From the NCBI RefSeq assembly GCF_004010195.1, contig NC_057760.1, positions 2,378,295 through 2,437,398 of the forward strand: a DNA stretch of 59,104 nucleotides, given 5' to 3'. The notes under the pieces are model-generated. The model saw only the letters and a list, made by a program, of their open reading frames with translations, was not told the DNA's origin and made no database searches. Shown here piece after piece: positions 1-11,847 of this stretch (the first letter of the stretch is position 1; every line of letters begins with the position of its first letter). This DNA is from Chiloscyllium plagiosum (taxonomy: Eukaryota). A program made the translations under genes and the position numbers.

Positions 1-142
1 AGTACTGTACCCCAGTGTTATACAGTGACAGACTTGTCCCCACCAGTACTGTACGCCAGTGTTATACAGTGACAGACCTGTCCCCACCAGTACTGTACCC
101 CAGTGTTATACAGTGAGAGACCTGTTCCCACCCAGTACTGCA
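1..142 (+). repeat. ~43-44 bp minisatellite (agtactgtaccccagtgttatacagtgacagacctgtccccacc), truncated by the window start
   Basis: About 3 visible copies; the same family occurs in reverse orientation at 53668-53985. Confidence 0.9.
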
Positions 143-827
143 CCCCCACTATTCCCTGGGAATCCAGCAGCTGACAGACCCTGCTTCTGAACGGGCACCT
201 CTCACAGATCACAGGAAACATCCACCTGACTTTACCCACAGCAGAGACAGGCCGCAACGCCAGGCCACAGGTTGGCAGGGACAGCAGGGCAGGTACCCTC
301 ATGATAGACAGACCCAACCACCCCCTTAAAGACACAGACTGGGCCCAGTACCAGAGCCAAGACCTGCCCTGCAACCAACTGTTCAGCGTGACTGATTATT
401 TGCGAGCTCATTGGATTGATCGAGCCAATGATCCCGAACACAACAGCCTGTTGAACTGAGACTGTCAGCAGTACAACCGAGTAACAGTGTGAACATCACA
501 GGAAGAAAGCATTCTGCCCATTGACCCTCTGCCCTTTACCGCTATCAGGGCATATTCGTCAACCCCCCCCCACAAAAGCATGGTCATCAAAATCTGCCCC
601 ACCTCGGGGTTTCGGACATACTCAACAACTGAGTGTGCACAGCTCCCTGGCTGTAAGAATTCTCAAGTTTCTCAACCCTGGGAGCGTGGAAATGTTTTGT
701 CATCACCGTGCCGAGTGGCTAACCCCTTTATCACAGACTGTGACCATCCCGCTCTCCGGTGAACACCCTGTCAAGTCTGTTCGGAGGGTGCAACCTCATC
801 ACGTTTAAACTCTGGGGAACGTAAAGT

Positions 828-966
828 TGAGAGTGTGGAGCTGGAAAAGGGCTAGTGTCCGAAATGCAGACTCTCCTGCTGTTCGGATGCTGCCTGGCCT
901 GCTGCGCTTTTCCAACACCACACGCTCAAATCTAACCTCCAGCATCTGTGGTCCTCACTTTCTCCT
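828..966 (+). mobile_element. Penelope-like element terminal-repeat fragment
   Basis: gatgctgcctggcctgctgcgcttttccaacaccac...ctccagcatctg motif, shared with copies at 14285, 15540, 18520, 49340 and 52620. Confidence 0.7.
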
Positions 967-989
967 CTGGGGAATATAAACCCAATCCT

Positions 990-1340
990 TTTGATTTATG
1001 ATTGTCACGTGTACCTGGGTACAGTGAAAAGTATTGTTTGGTGCACAGTACAGGCAATTACAGTACAGACCATAAGGGCAACAGAACAGAGTGAGGAATA
1101 CAATGCTGCAGCTGGTGAGAGGTCCATTCAGCAGTCTTGTAAGAGCGGGGTAGACGCTGTTCTTAAATCGGTGCGTATACACAAACGTTTATATCTTCTG
1201 CTGGACGGCGAGTGTGGAAAAGCGTATAACAAGGGTCTTTGGTGGACACGGGCTGCTTTCCCTAAGCAGGAAGTATAGATGGAGACAATGGAAGGAAGGC
1301 TGGTTTGTGTAATGGACTGGGCTGCATTCACAATTCTCTG
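990..1340 (-). mobile_element. Non-LTR retrotransposon 3' fragment (Rex1/Babar-like)
   Basis: Minus-strand translations SSRRYKRL and HRFKNSVYPALTRLLN resemble the recalled Rex-Babar ORF C-terminus (SGRRYRS...TRFKNSFYPA.IRLLN). Confidence 0.6.
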
Positions 1341-2099
1341 GGGGAACAGGTGGGGCAGTGCCTTCAGCACCACAGAGAGGGAGAAAACAGAGGCGGGGTA
1401 GGCCCTTCGGCCCTTCCAACGTGCTACACCAGCCAACACCGATTGGGAGGGCAGGATCTTTGTTACCTGCCCAGACCGGAACTCAGTGTCGTCACAGGTT
1501 TAGACAAGACATGACCGTTACCCTGCTGACTCCTAAACCGACGGCTCTTCAAGCAACAGACAGACGTCCGACTGAAGGTCGAAACTGGGTTCTGCAAAAA
1601 CCTGGAACTCAAGTTGTTGTGCACAAGATCAGATTCTCGGCTGGGCCCCGCAAGTTTGTGTGGTTTTTTTGTTGAAAACATACTCCATCGGCAATCAGCA
1701 TTAGCTCAGAGCCTGGCCGATTGACGGTCTGACAAATTGATTTTGTGCCTTATAACTGGGCCTAAGTAAATCCTGCTCCCATTCCACACTGTACTCAAAA
1801 AGGTGAAGATGTGTGCCTGTATTGACTCATTAAACTTTTACGTTCAGTAACAGTCTTCTGTTAGGTAAAGGGCTGTAACTAACAGAACTCGCTACTCTAC
1901 ACTACACGGGAGATTTACAACAACAGCCTGCATTTTATACAGCGCCTTTAGTCTCATTAACAAAAAAAGGAAGGAGTGTTCAATCAACAACATTTGATGC
2001 TGAGCCACATTAAAATAATTACAGGGAGCAAGAAGCCTACTCGAAGCAGTAGAAATGAAGGAACATCTTAAAGGAGGGCAATTTGGATAAATAATACCC

Positions 2100-2740
2100 A
2101 GCTAGATCACAGCAACACGGATTCACGAATGGGGAAATCGCATTTGACAAACATGCTGGGAGCTTTCGTTTTGAAGACGTGACTAACAAAATTTGATAGG
2201 GGGAAGCCAGTGGACATGGTATATTTGGATTTGCAGAAAAATTTTGGTAAAGTCCAAATCTGACAGATTCAACACAATGTGGAAATCTGTGAGGTTATTC
2301 AATTTGGCAGAATATTTTTTAAATGGCAAGAGGTTGGAAAGTGTAAATGTACAAGGAGACTCAGGTGTCCTTGTCGATAAGTCAGTGAAGGCCAACATGC
2401 TGGTGCAGCAAGCTATTAGGAAGCCTGTTGGAACATTAGCCTTTATTGTGAGAGGGTTCGAGTACAGGAGTCCTGAGGTCTTGCTTCGATTGTCTGGGAG
2501 CTTGGTTCGATCACACCTGGAGTACTGTGCGCACAGTTCTGGTCTCCTTATCTCAGGAAGGATATTATTGTCATAGAGGGAGAGCAGTGAGGGCTCACCA
2601 GACATATCCCCAGGATACTGGGACCGTCCTATGGAGAGAGAGTGGGCGATTGCAGCCTCTGACTCCCTGGAGTTTAAGAATGAGATGTGACCGCAGTGAA
2701 ACTTGACAGGGTCAATCCATTTAAGACGTCTCCCCTGGTT
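2100..2740 (+). mobile_element. Degenerate CR1 LINE RT fragment
   Basis: GFEYRSPEVLLRLSGSLVRSHLEYCA, the CR1 C-terminal LVRPHLEYC motif; frameshifted. Confidence 0.85.
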
Positions 2741-2944
2741 AGTAGTGGGGGGGGGGGGGGGGGGGGGAATCTACAGCCGGGGAACCAAGCCTGTGGTTGT
2801 CGTTGTACAAGAGGAAATTCCTAAAACTTGTTTAAACCCCCCCCCCCACACACACACACACAGCTGAAGGCCAGCCTACCAATGGTAATTGGAAGACCAG
2901 GTAAGGTGCTGGAATTGAAGGGGCGTGGGGATCGTAAAGGTAGC

Positions 2945-3050
2945 AGGGATCGGAGGGAGTGACAGAGATAGGGAGGGGGTGTAGGGGGCTGGAGGGAGTG
3001 ACAGAGATAGGGAGGGGGTGTCGGGGCTGGAGGGGGTGACAGAGATTGGG
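2945..3050 (+). repeat. ~38-bp purine-rich tandem repeat (about 3 copies)
   Basis: ggagggagtgacagagatagggagggggtgtaggggct repeated. Confidence 0.8.
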
Positions 3051-3429
3051 GGTGGGTTGTAGGAGACAGTTAGAAGGCATGGCTTTTGTTGACTGAAAAC
3101 TGGGTTGTGAATTTTTAAAATCGAGGTGCTGCCTAACTCAGTGTCTTCACAGCGGTAATGGTTAGATAGCTCTGGGTGAAAGTTACAACAGCTGAGGTCT
3201 GGAGGTCGGAGTGTGAAAACCAAGCCTGGGCTGTGCTGAAATCATCAATTCTTTAGGCAACAAAGGCATAGGTGAGGGCTTCAGTAGTGGATAAGCAGGA
3301 GCCCAATCTCTCAGCAGACAGCAAGGTGCAGTTGAGATCACAACCTGATCAACAGGTATCTTACTGAATGATGGAGCAGCCTAATAAGGCAGAACAGTTT
3401 ACTCTGGATCCTAAGTTACACCCAACAAG

Positions 3430-3950
3430 TGGAACAGTGTTATGGCCAGTCTCCTTCCTATCGGAAAGATGCTGTGAAACTTGAAAGGGTTCAGAAAAGA
3501 TTGACAAGGATGTTGCCAGGGTTGGAGGATCTGAGCTACAGGGAGAAGCTGAACAGGCTGGGGCTGTTTTCCCTGGAGTGTCGGAGGCTGAGGGATGACC
3601 TTACAGAGGCTTATAAAATCATGAGGGGGCATGGATAGGGTAAATAGACAAAGTTTCTTCCCTGGGCTGGGGGAGGGCTTAGATTTATTATGAGAGGGGA
3701 AAGATATAAAAGAGACCTAAGGGGCAATTTTTTCACGCAGAGGATGGTACGTGTATGGAATGAGCTGCCAGAGGAAGTGGTGGAGGCTGGTCCAATTGCA
3801 ACATTTAAAAGGCATCTGGATGGATATATGAATAGGAAGGGTTTGGAGGGATATGGGCTGGGTGCTGGCAGGTGGGACTAGGTTAGCTTGGGATATCTGG
3901 TCGGCATGGACTGGAGGGTCTGTATCAGTGCTGCATATCTCTATGACTCC
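3430..3950 (+). mobile_element. CR1 (HER1-like) LINE 3' end
   Basis: LERVQKRLTRMLPGLEDLSYREKLNRLGLFSLECRRLRDDL and FFTQRMVRVWNELPEEVV, followed by a CR1 3' tail. Confidence 0.93.
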
Positions 3951-4278
3951 AAAATATAGGGAATCAGATCATTTGAATACATATAGGAACATATATAAAC
4001 ACACCAAGTTAGTGTTATTGCAAACTAATGCCATCCTAATAACAGTGTTATGTAATAGTCTTATACCCAGTGACGGTGAGTTCCTTTATAATATATACAG
4101 GAATACTCCATTCAGTAACTGTCATATAACAGTGTGACACCCAGAGAGTGATGTGATAATATACAGTATTCCACACAATAACTGCATTATTATAGTGTTA
4201 TAGACAAGAACAGTGAGTTATTATATAACACAGTTACTGTGCTATTCTATAACAGCGTTGCTGTGTTCTTATATATAA

Positions 4279-4635
4279 GATAGAATCCCTACAGTGTGGA
4301 AACAGGCCATTTGGCCCATCAAGTCCACACCTACCCTCTGAAAAGATCCCACTCAGAAAGACCCACCCTACCTACCCCTGTAACTCTGCATTCCTCATGG
4401 CTAACCCACTTATGCTACACATGCCTGGACACTATGGGGCAATTACCCATGGCCAATCCACCCTAACCTGCACATCTTTGGACTGTGGGAGGAAACTGGA
4501 GCACCCAGAGGAAACCCACGCAGACACAGGGAGAATATGCAAACTCCACACAGACAATCGCCCGAGGCTGGAATTGAACCCAGGTCCCTGGCATTGCGAG
4601 GCAGTGGTGCTACCCACTGAGCCACCCTGCCGCCC
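4279..4635 (-). mobile_element. HE1-type tRNA-derived V-SINE
   Basis: Minus strand ggcggcagggtggctcagtgggtagcacc...gggttcaattcc head (A/B boxes), central tgtgtggagtttgca...ggtttcctcccacagtccaaagatgtgcagg domain, CR1-like tail. Confidence 0.92.
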
Positions 4636-4803
4636 AAAATGTAATGGCGTTACACTCAGGGAGTGAGTTATGATGTGATACACACAGTATTCCACACAGT
4701 AACTGCATTATTATACTGTTACAGACAGTGAGTTATTATGTAAGTACTCCACTCAATTTCTGAGTTATTATTTAACATAGTACTACATCCAGTGACTGTG
4801 CAT

Positions 4804-7375
4804 GAGAACACAGAACAGTACAGGCCCTTCGGCCCTCGATGTTGTGCCAATCTTTTATTTAACTCTAAGATCAAACTAACCTACATACCCTTCATTGTAT
4901 TATCATCCATGTGCCTATCCAAGAGTCACTAATGTATCTGACTCTACCACGACCACTAGCAGTGTACTCCATGCACCTATCGCGCTGTGTAAAGAACTGA
5001 CCTCTGACATCGCCCCTAAATCTTCTTCCAATCACCTTAAAATTATGCCGCTCATGATAGCCATTCCGCCCTGGGGAAAAGTCTCTGACTATTTATCTGT
5101 GCCTCTCATCATCTTGTACACCTCTATCAAGTCACCTCTCATCCTTCTTTACTCCAATGAGAAAAGCCCTAGCTCCTTTGACCTTTCTTCATGAGACATG
5201 CCCTCCAGTCTAGGCAGCATCCTGGTAAACCTCCTCTGCACCCTCTTCCACATCCTTCCTATAATGAGGCAAACAGAACTGAACACAATATTCCAAGTGT
5301 GGTCTAACCAGGACTCTATAGAGCTGCAGCATAACCTCACGGCTCTTAGACTCAATCCCCTTGCTAATGAAAGCTAACACACCATACGCCTTTTTAACAA
5401 CCCTATCAACTTGGGTGGCAACTTTGAGGGATCTATGAACACGGACCTCAAGATCCCTCTGTTCCTCTACATCATCAAGAATCCTGCCTTTAACCCTGTA
5501 ATCTGCATTCAAATTTGACCTTCCAAAATGAATCACTTCACACTTTTCCATGTTGAACTCCATCTGCCAGTTATCAGCCAAGCTCTGCATCCTGTCAACG
5601 TCCCGTTGCAACCTTTAACAGCCCTCCACACTATCCACCACTCCACCAACCCACCAACCTTCGTGTCATCAGCAAACTTACTGGCCTACTCTTCCACTTC
5701 CTCATCCAAGTCATTTAAAAAAAAATCACAAAGTCCAGAGGTCCTAGAACCAATCCCTGTGGAACACCACTGGTCGCCAAGCTCCAGACTGAATACTTTC
5801 TATCAACCTCCACTCTCTGTCTTCTATGGGCCAGCCAATTCTGTATTCTAACTGCCAGATTTGCCTGTATCCCATGCTTCCTTCTTTCTGAATGAGCCTA
5901 CTGTGGGGAATCTTATCAAACGCCTTGTTAAACTCCACGTACATCGCATCCACTGCTCTACCTTCATCAATGTGTTTTGTCACATCCCCAAAGAATTCAA
6001 TAAGGTTTGTGAGGCATGACCTGCCCCTCACAAAGCCATGCTGACTATCTCTCAGCAAACTGTGGTTTTCCAAGTAATCATCAATCCTGTCTCTCAGAAT
6101 CCTCTGCAATACTTTACCCACCACAGACGAGAGACTGACTGGTCTGTAATTCCCAAACTTATTCCTATTCCCCTTCTTGAACAAGGGAATAACATTTGCC
6201 ACCCTCCAGTCACTTGGTACTACACCATGGACAGTGTGGAGGCAAAGATCATCGCCAAAAGCACAACAATCTTTTCCCTCGCTTCCTGTAGTAACCTAGG
6301 ATACATCCCGTCTGGCCCAGAGGACTTATCTAGCCTCATGTTTTTCAAAACTTTCACTACATCCTCCTTCTTAACATCAACCTGTTCGAGCGTATCAGCC
6401 TGTTTTATGCTGTCCTCACAAATGATAAGGTCCCTGTCAGTAGAGTCACAGAGACGTACCGCACGGAAACAGACCCTTCAGTCCAACCCGTCCATGCCGA
6501 CCAACAGTGAATACTGAAGCAAAATATTCATTAAGGACCTCCCCTACCGCCACCAACTCCAGTTGTAGGTTCCCTCCACTATCCCTGATCGGCCCTACCC
6601 TCACTCTGGTTCCTCACGTAAGTGTAGAACGCCTTTGGGTTTTCCTTAATCCCACCTGCTAAAGCATTTTCATGCCCCCTTCTCTCTCGCCCAAGTCCAT
6701 CCTTCAGTCCCTTCCAGCTACCTTGTATCCCTCTAGAGCCTTATCTGATCCTTGCCTCCTCGGCCTTAAGTAAGCTTCCTTCTTCCTCTTGACTAGATGC
6801 TCCCAAGGTTCCTTCCTCAGTTGGACATATCCAGCGCTCTCACCGAATGCTCCCTAAACAACCTCCACATTTCTGTCGTGCATTTTCCTGAGAATATCTG
6901 TTACCAATTTAGGCGCGCCCAGTTCCTGCCTAATACCATTGTAACTCCTCCTCCCCCAATTACATACTTTCCCATACAGTCTGCTCTTATCCCTCTCCAT
7001 GACTATAGTCAAGGTCAGGGACTTCTGATCACTATCACCGAAATGCTCTCCCACCGAGAGATCAGACACTTGGCATGGTTCGTTGCCAAGCACCAAATCC
7101 AATATGGCCTCCCCTACCCGAGTCAAGAATCCTTCCTGGACACACCTGACGAAAACTGTTCCATCCAAACTGTTTTAACTAAGGAGATTCCAATCAATAT
7201 TAGGGAAGTTAAAGTCACCCATGACAACAACCCTGTTCCTTCTGCACTTTTCCAAACTCGTCTTCCCAATCCGCTCCTCAGTGTCTCTGTTGCCACTCGG
7301 GGGCTGGGGGCATCTGTAGAAAACTCCCAGTAAAATGGCTGCTCCCTTCCGGTTTCTGACTTTCCAATTCTACAC
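4804..7375 (-). mobile_element. CR1 LINE, long ORF2 relic (APE endonuclease + RT + 3' end), many frameshifts
   Basis: VVVMGDFNFPNIDW (APE, ~7190-7230), NYRPVSLSSVVGKVL, QHGFVRGRSCLTNL, KFADDTK (~5660), LVRPHLEYCVQF. Confidence 0.95.
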
Positions 7376-7399
7376 CCCCCTTTCCTTCTGAGCCACAGC

Positions 7400-7830
7400 A
7401 TTAGTAATCTGTTGTGGTTGTGAGTAAGTTCTCCGAGCTGGAAAGTTGATTTGCAGACATTTCGTTTCCCCTGTCTAGGTGTTTTGGAACCTCCCGTGAA
7501 GCACTGCTCTATTGTGTCTCCTGGAATGGATTTCTGCAGCTTCCAATTGTTCACTGTAGAGTCCGGTATACTGGGTCTAGGTCAATGTGTTTGCTGATGG
7601 CTGAGTGCCACGCTTAGACTCCAAGAAGGTCGCGCACGTCAACACAGACCAGCATCGCCACACCATAAATCCCAGAAGACACAGTACAGCAGCACTTCAC
7701 AAGAGGTCCAAAGCACTGAAGGTGTCACCTAGACAGGGGACAAAACATCTGCAAATCAACTTGCCAGCTTAGCAAATACATCCACAACCACGACAACCCA
7801 AGCTACAAATCTCTACACAAACATTAATAA
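7400..7830. mobile_element. Penelope-like element relic with inverted terminal repeats and a GIY-YIG C-terminal fragment
   Basis: 7437-7482 is the reverse complement of ~7725-7768; minus-strand AWHS.ISKHIDLDPVYR at ~7560-7615; degenerate hammerhead core near 7716-7750. Confidence 0.75.
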
Positions 7831-8124
7831 TCTTATCTCCCGCGACAAAGTGTATTAACACATAATAGAAACATGGTGTGTTATGTAATTGGGTGCCATC
7901 CACCTTTGTAACACAGTGTGAAGTGTTAGACCAGTGAGTGAGTATGTTACTCGGTATATTAATACTGTTGTAAGCAGTGACAGAGTTATAACATATACAG
8001 GAGTGTTCCAATCAAGTTGGATAATATTAACATATACTGTTATACTCAGTGAGAGTGGTTGTAGACTATATAAAAGGACTGTTCTAACCAGTTTCTGAAT
8101 GGCGTTATTACAATCTGTGTCAGA

Positions 8125-8430
8125 CGCCACGCGACATCAGGTTACAGTCCAACAGGTTTATTTGAGTTAAAAATCACAACACCAGGTTATAGTTCATGAT
8201 GGAGGAGCTAGTGCTTCCAAATAAACCTGTTGGACCATAACCTGATGTTGCGCGATTTTTAACTTTGTACACCCCAGTCCAACACCGGTATCTCCAAATC
8301 CAGGTTTATTTAAAATTTGCAAGCTTTCAGAGCGCTGTCCCGTCAGCTGACAAAGCAGCAGTTCTCTGAAAGCTTGTGATTTCCAATAAACCTGTTGGAC
8401 TCTTAACCTGATGTTGTGTGACTACTGACC
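8125..8430. mobile_element. Penelope/retrozyme-like terminal-repeat cluster (aataaacctgttggactataacctggtgttgtgtga family), mixed orientation
   Basis: Several direct and inverted copies; the same family occurs at 26739-26807 and 34480-34625. Confidence 0.7.
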
Positions 8431-9244
8431 ATACGCTCTGGGAGTCATTATAACATACTGGAGTGTTTCATTATTACATACAGAATCCATGCCATGTTAT
8501 ACCCAGCGACAGCTATTGTGTAACAGATACAAGTTTTACTACTCTGTACCCTTTCTGTAATATATACCCAGCGTCATACCTCGTGACAGTTATAGACACA
8601 AGAGTGTAACAGTTCATGACACCGCGCCATACCTAATATATACTGTGATACCCACAGTTTTGAGTTTAACCTGTGGCAACTTTAGAATTATTTCACCCAG
8701 TAACAGTATCATTTTATAACCTGACACTGTTAGACCCAGAAACGATTATATTTTATCTAGGCATGTTTTGTAACAGTAATAAATGCAGAAATGTTACAGT
8801 CAATATGTTTATGCTTTATAACAGTCACTGGGTATCTAATGAAGGAATGTGCACCTAGAACATTAATACTTTCTTAATGTTAATCATGAAATAATATTAT
8901 TTTATCTACGGGCATCAATTTGGATAAGGTGTAGGGTGAAATAAAAAAAAAACTAACCCCAGCACAGGCACGTCCATAAATCTGACAACAACCCTACTCC
9001 CACTTTTTTTTTTTAAAAAACTGGTGTAGTATTTTGATTTACTGACAATGTTCAGGGTCAAATCTTCAGGACCCAGATAGGAACCAGAAAAGGCATTTGT
9101 ATTTTTGTGGCATGTTAACATCCAGCATTGCTACAATCTTTTAAAAACACTGTTGCTCTCCCAACACAGAGTCCTGCCCCCACTGTCCCATCCCCATCTC
9201 TCCCCCACCCCCCCCAATTATCTCAGGAGCAATGTGCTGGCCCT

Positions 9245-9725
9245 GGAGTAGGTCACGAGAGTTATCCCAGGAATGAAAAACTTAACATATATGAGGAACA
9301 TTTGAGGACTCTGGATCTATACTCGATGGAGTTTAGAAAGGGGGGGGGGGGAAATCTAATTGAAAATCCCAGATTACTGAATGGCCTGGACAGAGTGGAT
9401 GTTGGGAAGATGTTTCCATTGGGAGGAGAGACTAGGACCTGAGGGCACAGCCTGAGAATAAAGGGAAGACCCATTAGAATGGAGATGAGGAGAAACTCCT
9501 TCAGCCAGAGAGTGGGGGATCTATGGAATTCACTGCCACAGGAGGCTGTGGAGGCCTGGTCACTGAGGATATTTAAGGCCAAGATAGACAGGTTCTCGAT
9601 TGTCAAGGAGATCAAAGGTTACACGGAGAGGGCGGGTTGAGAAACTTTCACCCACGATCGATTGGTGGAGCGGACTCGATGGGCCGAACGGCCAAATTTC
9701 TACTCCTGGGTCTTACAGTCTTGTG
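9245..9725 (+). mobile_element. CR1 LINE 3' end
   Basis: YEEHLRTLDLYSMEFRK...LNGLDRVDVGKMFP, plus CR1 tail ggactcgatgggccgaacggcc. Confidence 0.88.
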
Positions 9726-9804
9726 GGCTCAAAACCCACACCCAAATTCTCCCCCCTTTACCTCTCGTCCCACCTCTGCCTTCGGCCAGCCAAGCAAGCG
9801 AGGA

Positions 9805-10200
9805 ATAGGCTCCTTGAGCCTGTGCTGCCATTCAATAAGATCATGGCTGGTCTGATTATTCCTCTATAACTTTTCACCACCACCTCCCCCCCCACCTGAG
9901 AATCTATCCACCTTAAAAATATTCAAAGACCACTCTTTGAGGAGAATTTGAGACTCATGGCCCCCTAAATAAAATCTCATCCATCTTAAACAGGTCACCC
10001 CTGATCCAGACTCTCCCACAGGCGGGGATGGTCTCCACACCAATTCTTCCAGAACCCTCAGGATACTGTGCATTAGCAAATGATTCACTGCTTACCCTTC
10101 TAAACGCCAGACAATATACGCCTAGCCTGTCCAACCTTTCCCCTGCAGGTATAGTCTGGTAAACTCTCTCCTGCCGACACATTTACGTCCCTCCCAAAAT
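9805..10200 (-). mobile_element. Degenerate CR1 LINE 3' end
   Basis: ERLDRLGVYCLAFRR on the minus strand, plus a CR1 tail. Confidence 0.75.
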
Positions 10201-10795
10201 AAGGTGCGGAGGTGGAGGAGGTGCTGGTGTTGGTCTGGGGTGGACAAAGTCAGAAGTCATTGGGTTAAGATAGTCGGAACACTGCTACTTTGTTGGGTGA
10301 CACGAACTGAATCCACAGCCGTTCTCCCCTCTGTCCCCAAAACTCATTACATGCCAAGCTATAGGCCACTCAGCCCTCTGGACCTGGCTCACCATTCTGT
10401 CAGATCGTGGCTCATCAATAGCTGCAATTGCACAGCACCTTTGACATCCCTCCACCCACCCACCTCCCCCCCCCCACCCCCAACTTTAAAGCACTTATTA
10501 GGACTGACTGTAAGACAGAACTGGACTTCAAGGCACAGGTGGTGGTATTATGGCGAGGTGACCATACATCCAGTCAGTGAGGCGCATGTTAGACAATGAG
10601 AGGGAATTCTGAAGGAGCTGGGAGGCATGGCCATTAATGAAGAAGTGCGTTTTGGTGGGTGACAGGAGAGGTTGCAGAGATCAGAGCAGTTGGGGGAAGG
10701 GGGGGGGGGGTGGAGTTTAGAAACAGGTAATTAGAAACAGGACCTTTAAGAATCGAGGTAAAGCAGAATGGTGAGTAGTGGGTGAGCCGGACTCG

Positions 10796-10847
10796 GGAGG
10801 AAGGGATCGAGGAAGGGATCGAGGAAGGGATCGAGGAAGGGATCGAG
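10796..10847 (+). repeat. 12-bp tandem repeat (GGAAGGGATCGA)x4
   Basis: Seen directly. Confidence 0.9.
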
Positions 10848-11847
10848 AGCAGCTGAGATTTTGGAGAGTTTGACAGGGACAGCGCTATCCAAGGTCCCAC
10901 CGAGACGCCATTCACGGATAACCCAATGCACCCTTTGGGACAGGGGTAGATCACAACACCGTCTCCCCAACCCCCCCCACCCCCAACCAAACACCAACAA
11001 CTGTCACAAGCAGGACGGTCTCCCGACTTACCCCAGACATCAGTAAACACAGGAGAACCTGGGGAGGCTTCCTGGCCTGTTCACCTCTGTCCCAGAGTGG
11101 CTGCTACAACCCAGTCTCATTAATAACATTACCAATTATTCTAACACCACATCACTGTAGGCCTAAATGGAGTCCCTGCCTCAGTGCTCAGATCAACAGT
11201 GACAAGCACAGAAATCTCTGTCAGTGTGGCCTTTTACTTTAAGGAAAAAAAGCAACAACCAGGAACTGGGCCTGCACAAACTCAGAGGCCTGGTCCTGGC
11301 TAATTGCTTTTAGTAGTTCTCATTTTAAAGCTCTCTCAGCTATGAAAATATGTGTGCAAACGACTCTATGCCCACAACATGAATAAACATAGCAACTCAG
11401 CCCGCACTAGTTCCCACACCCAACACATTCTCTCTCCCACCACCCCCCCCCCCACCTCTCCCTGTGCTGCTCCAAATTCTGCACAGAAACTTTCAGGCCA
11501 GGCCTCATTGGTTTTTTTCCTCTGATGAAAAATAGCTTGCTTTACAACACTGCAACACCAGTCAGTCGCAAAATGCCTCTTCCCCCACCCACCTTGGGCG
11601 TGTGGGGGACACATTGTTGGGGGCTGGGGGCTAATTTCAGTCTCGCTTTCCAAAACAAAGATTAAAAAACAGAACACTGCACAAGCAATCAATTGGACTT
11701 GAAGACTCTGGGTGTCGAAGAGGTACAGGAGCCCGAATTTGGGTTCAATTTTGATAAAAAGGAGGGAGAGGGGGAAGAGTTGGGAAATCTGGAGATATTG
11801 GGGGCGATTGTTCTAAGGAACCAACAACAGTGTGTGTTGCAGTGTGG

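Larger units (their letters stand above)
3990..8830. repeat. Old, degenerate AT-rich tandem repeat (tacccagtgacagtgagttattataaca-like), interrupted by SINE, LINE and PLE insertions
   Basis: The motif recurs at 3990-4270, 4640-4800, 7850-8110 and 8430-8830. Confidence 0.55.

Noticed and set aside
5744..6202. 152-aa RT-like ORF (and other CR1 or Gypsy ORFs) as functional genes
   Set aside because: They are fragments of frameshifted, stop-containing retroelement relics.
11225..11265. ggccttttactttaaggaaaaaaagcaac, resembling the MALAT1/NEAT1 3' triple-helix A-tract
   Set aside because: The two upstream U-rich tracts and the downstream tRNA-like (mascRNA) structure are absent.
11593..11614. MCPPHAQ, resembling the N-terminus of human LYL1 (MCPPQAQ)
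   Set aside because: Only 7 residues and no bHLH exon visible in the window; chance similarity cannot be excluded.
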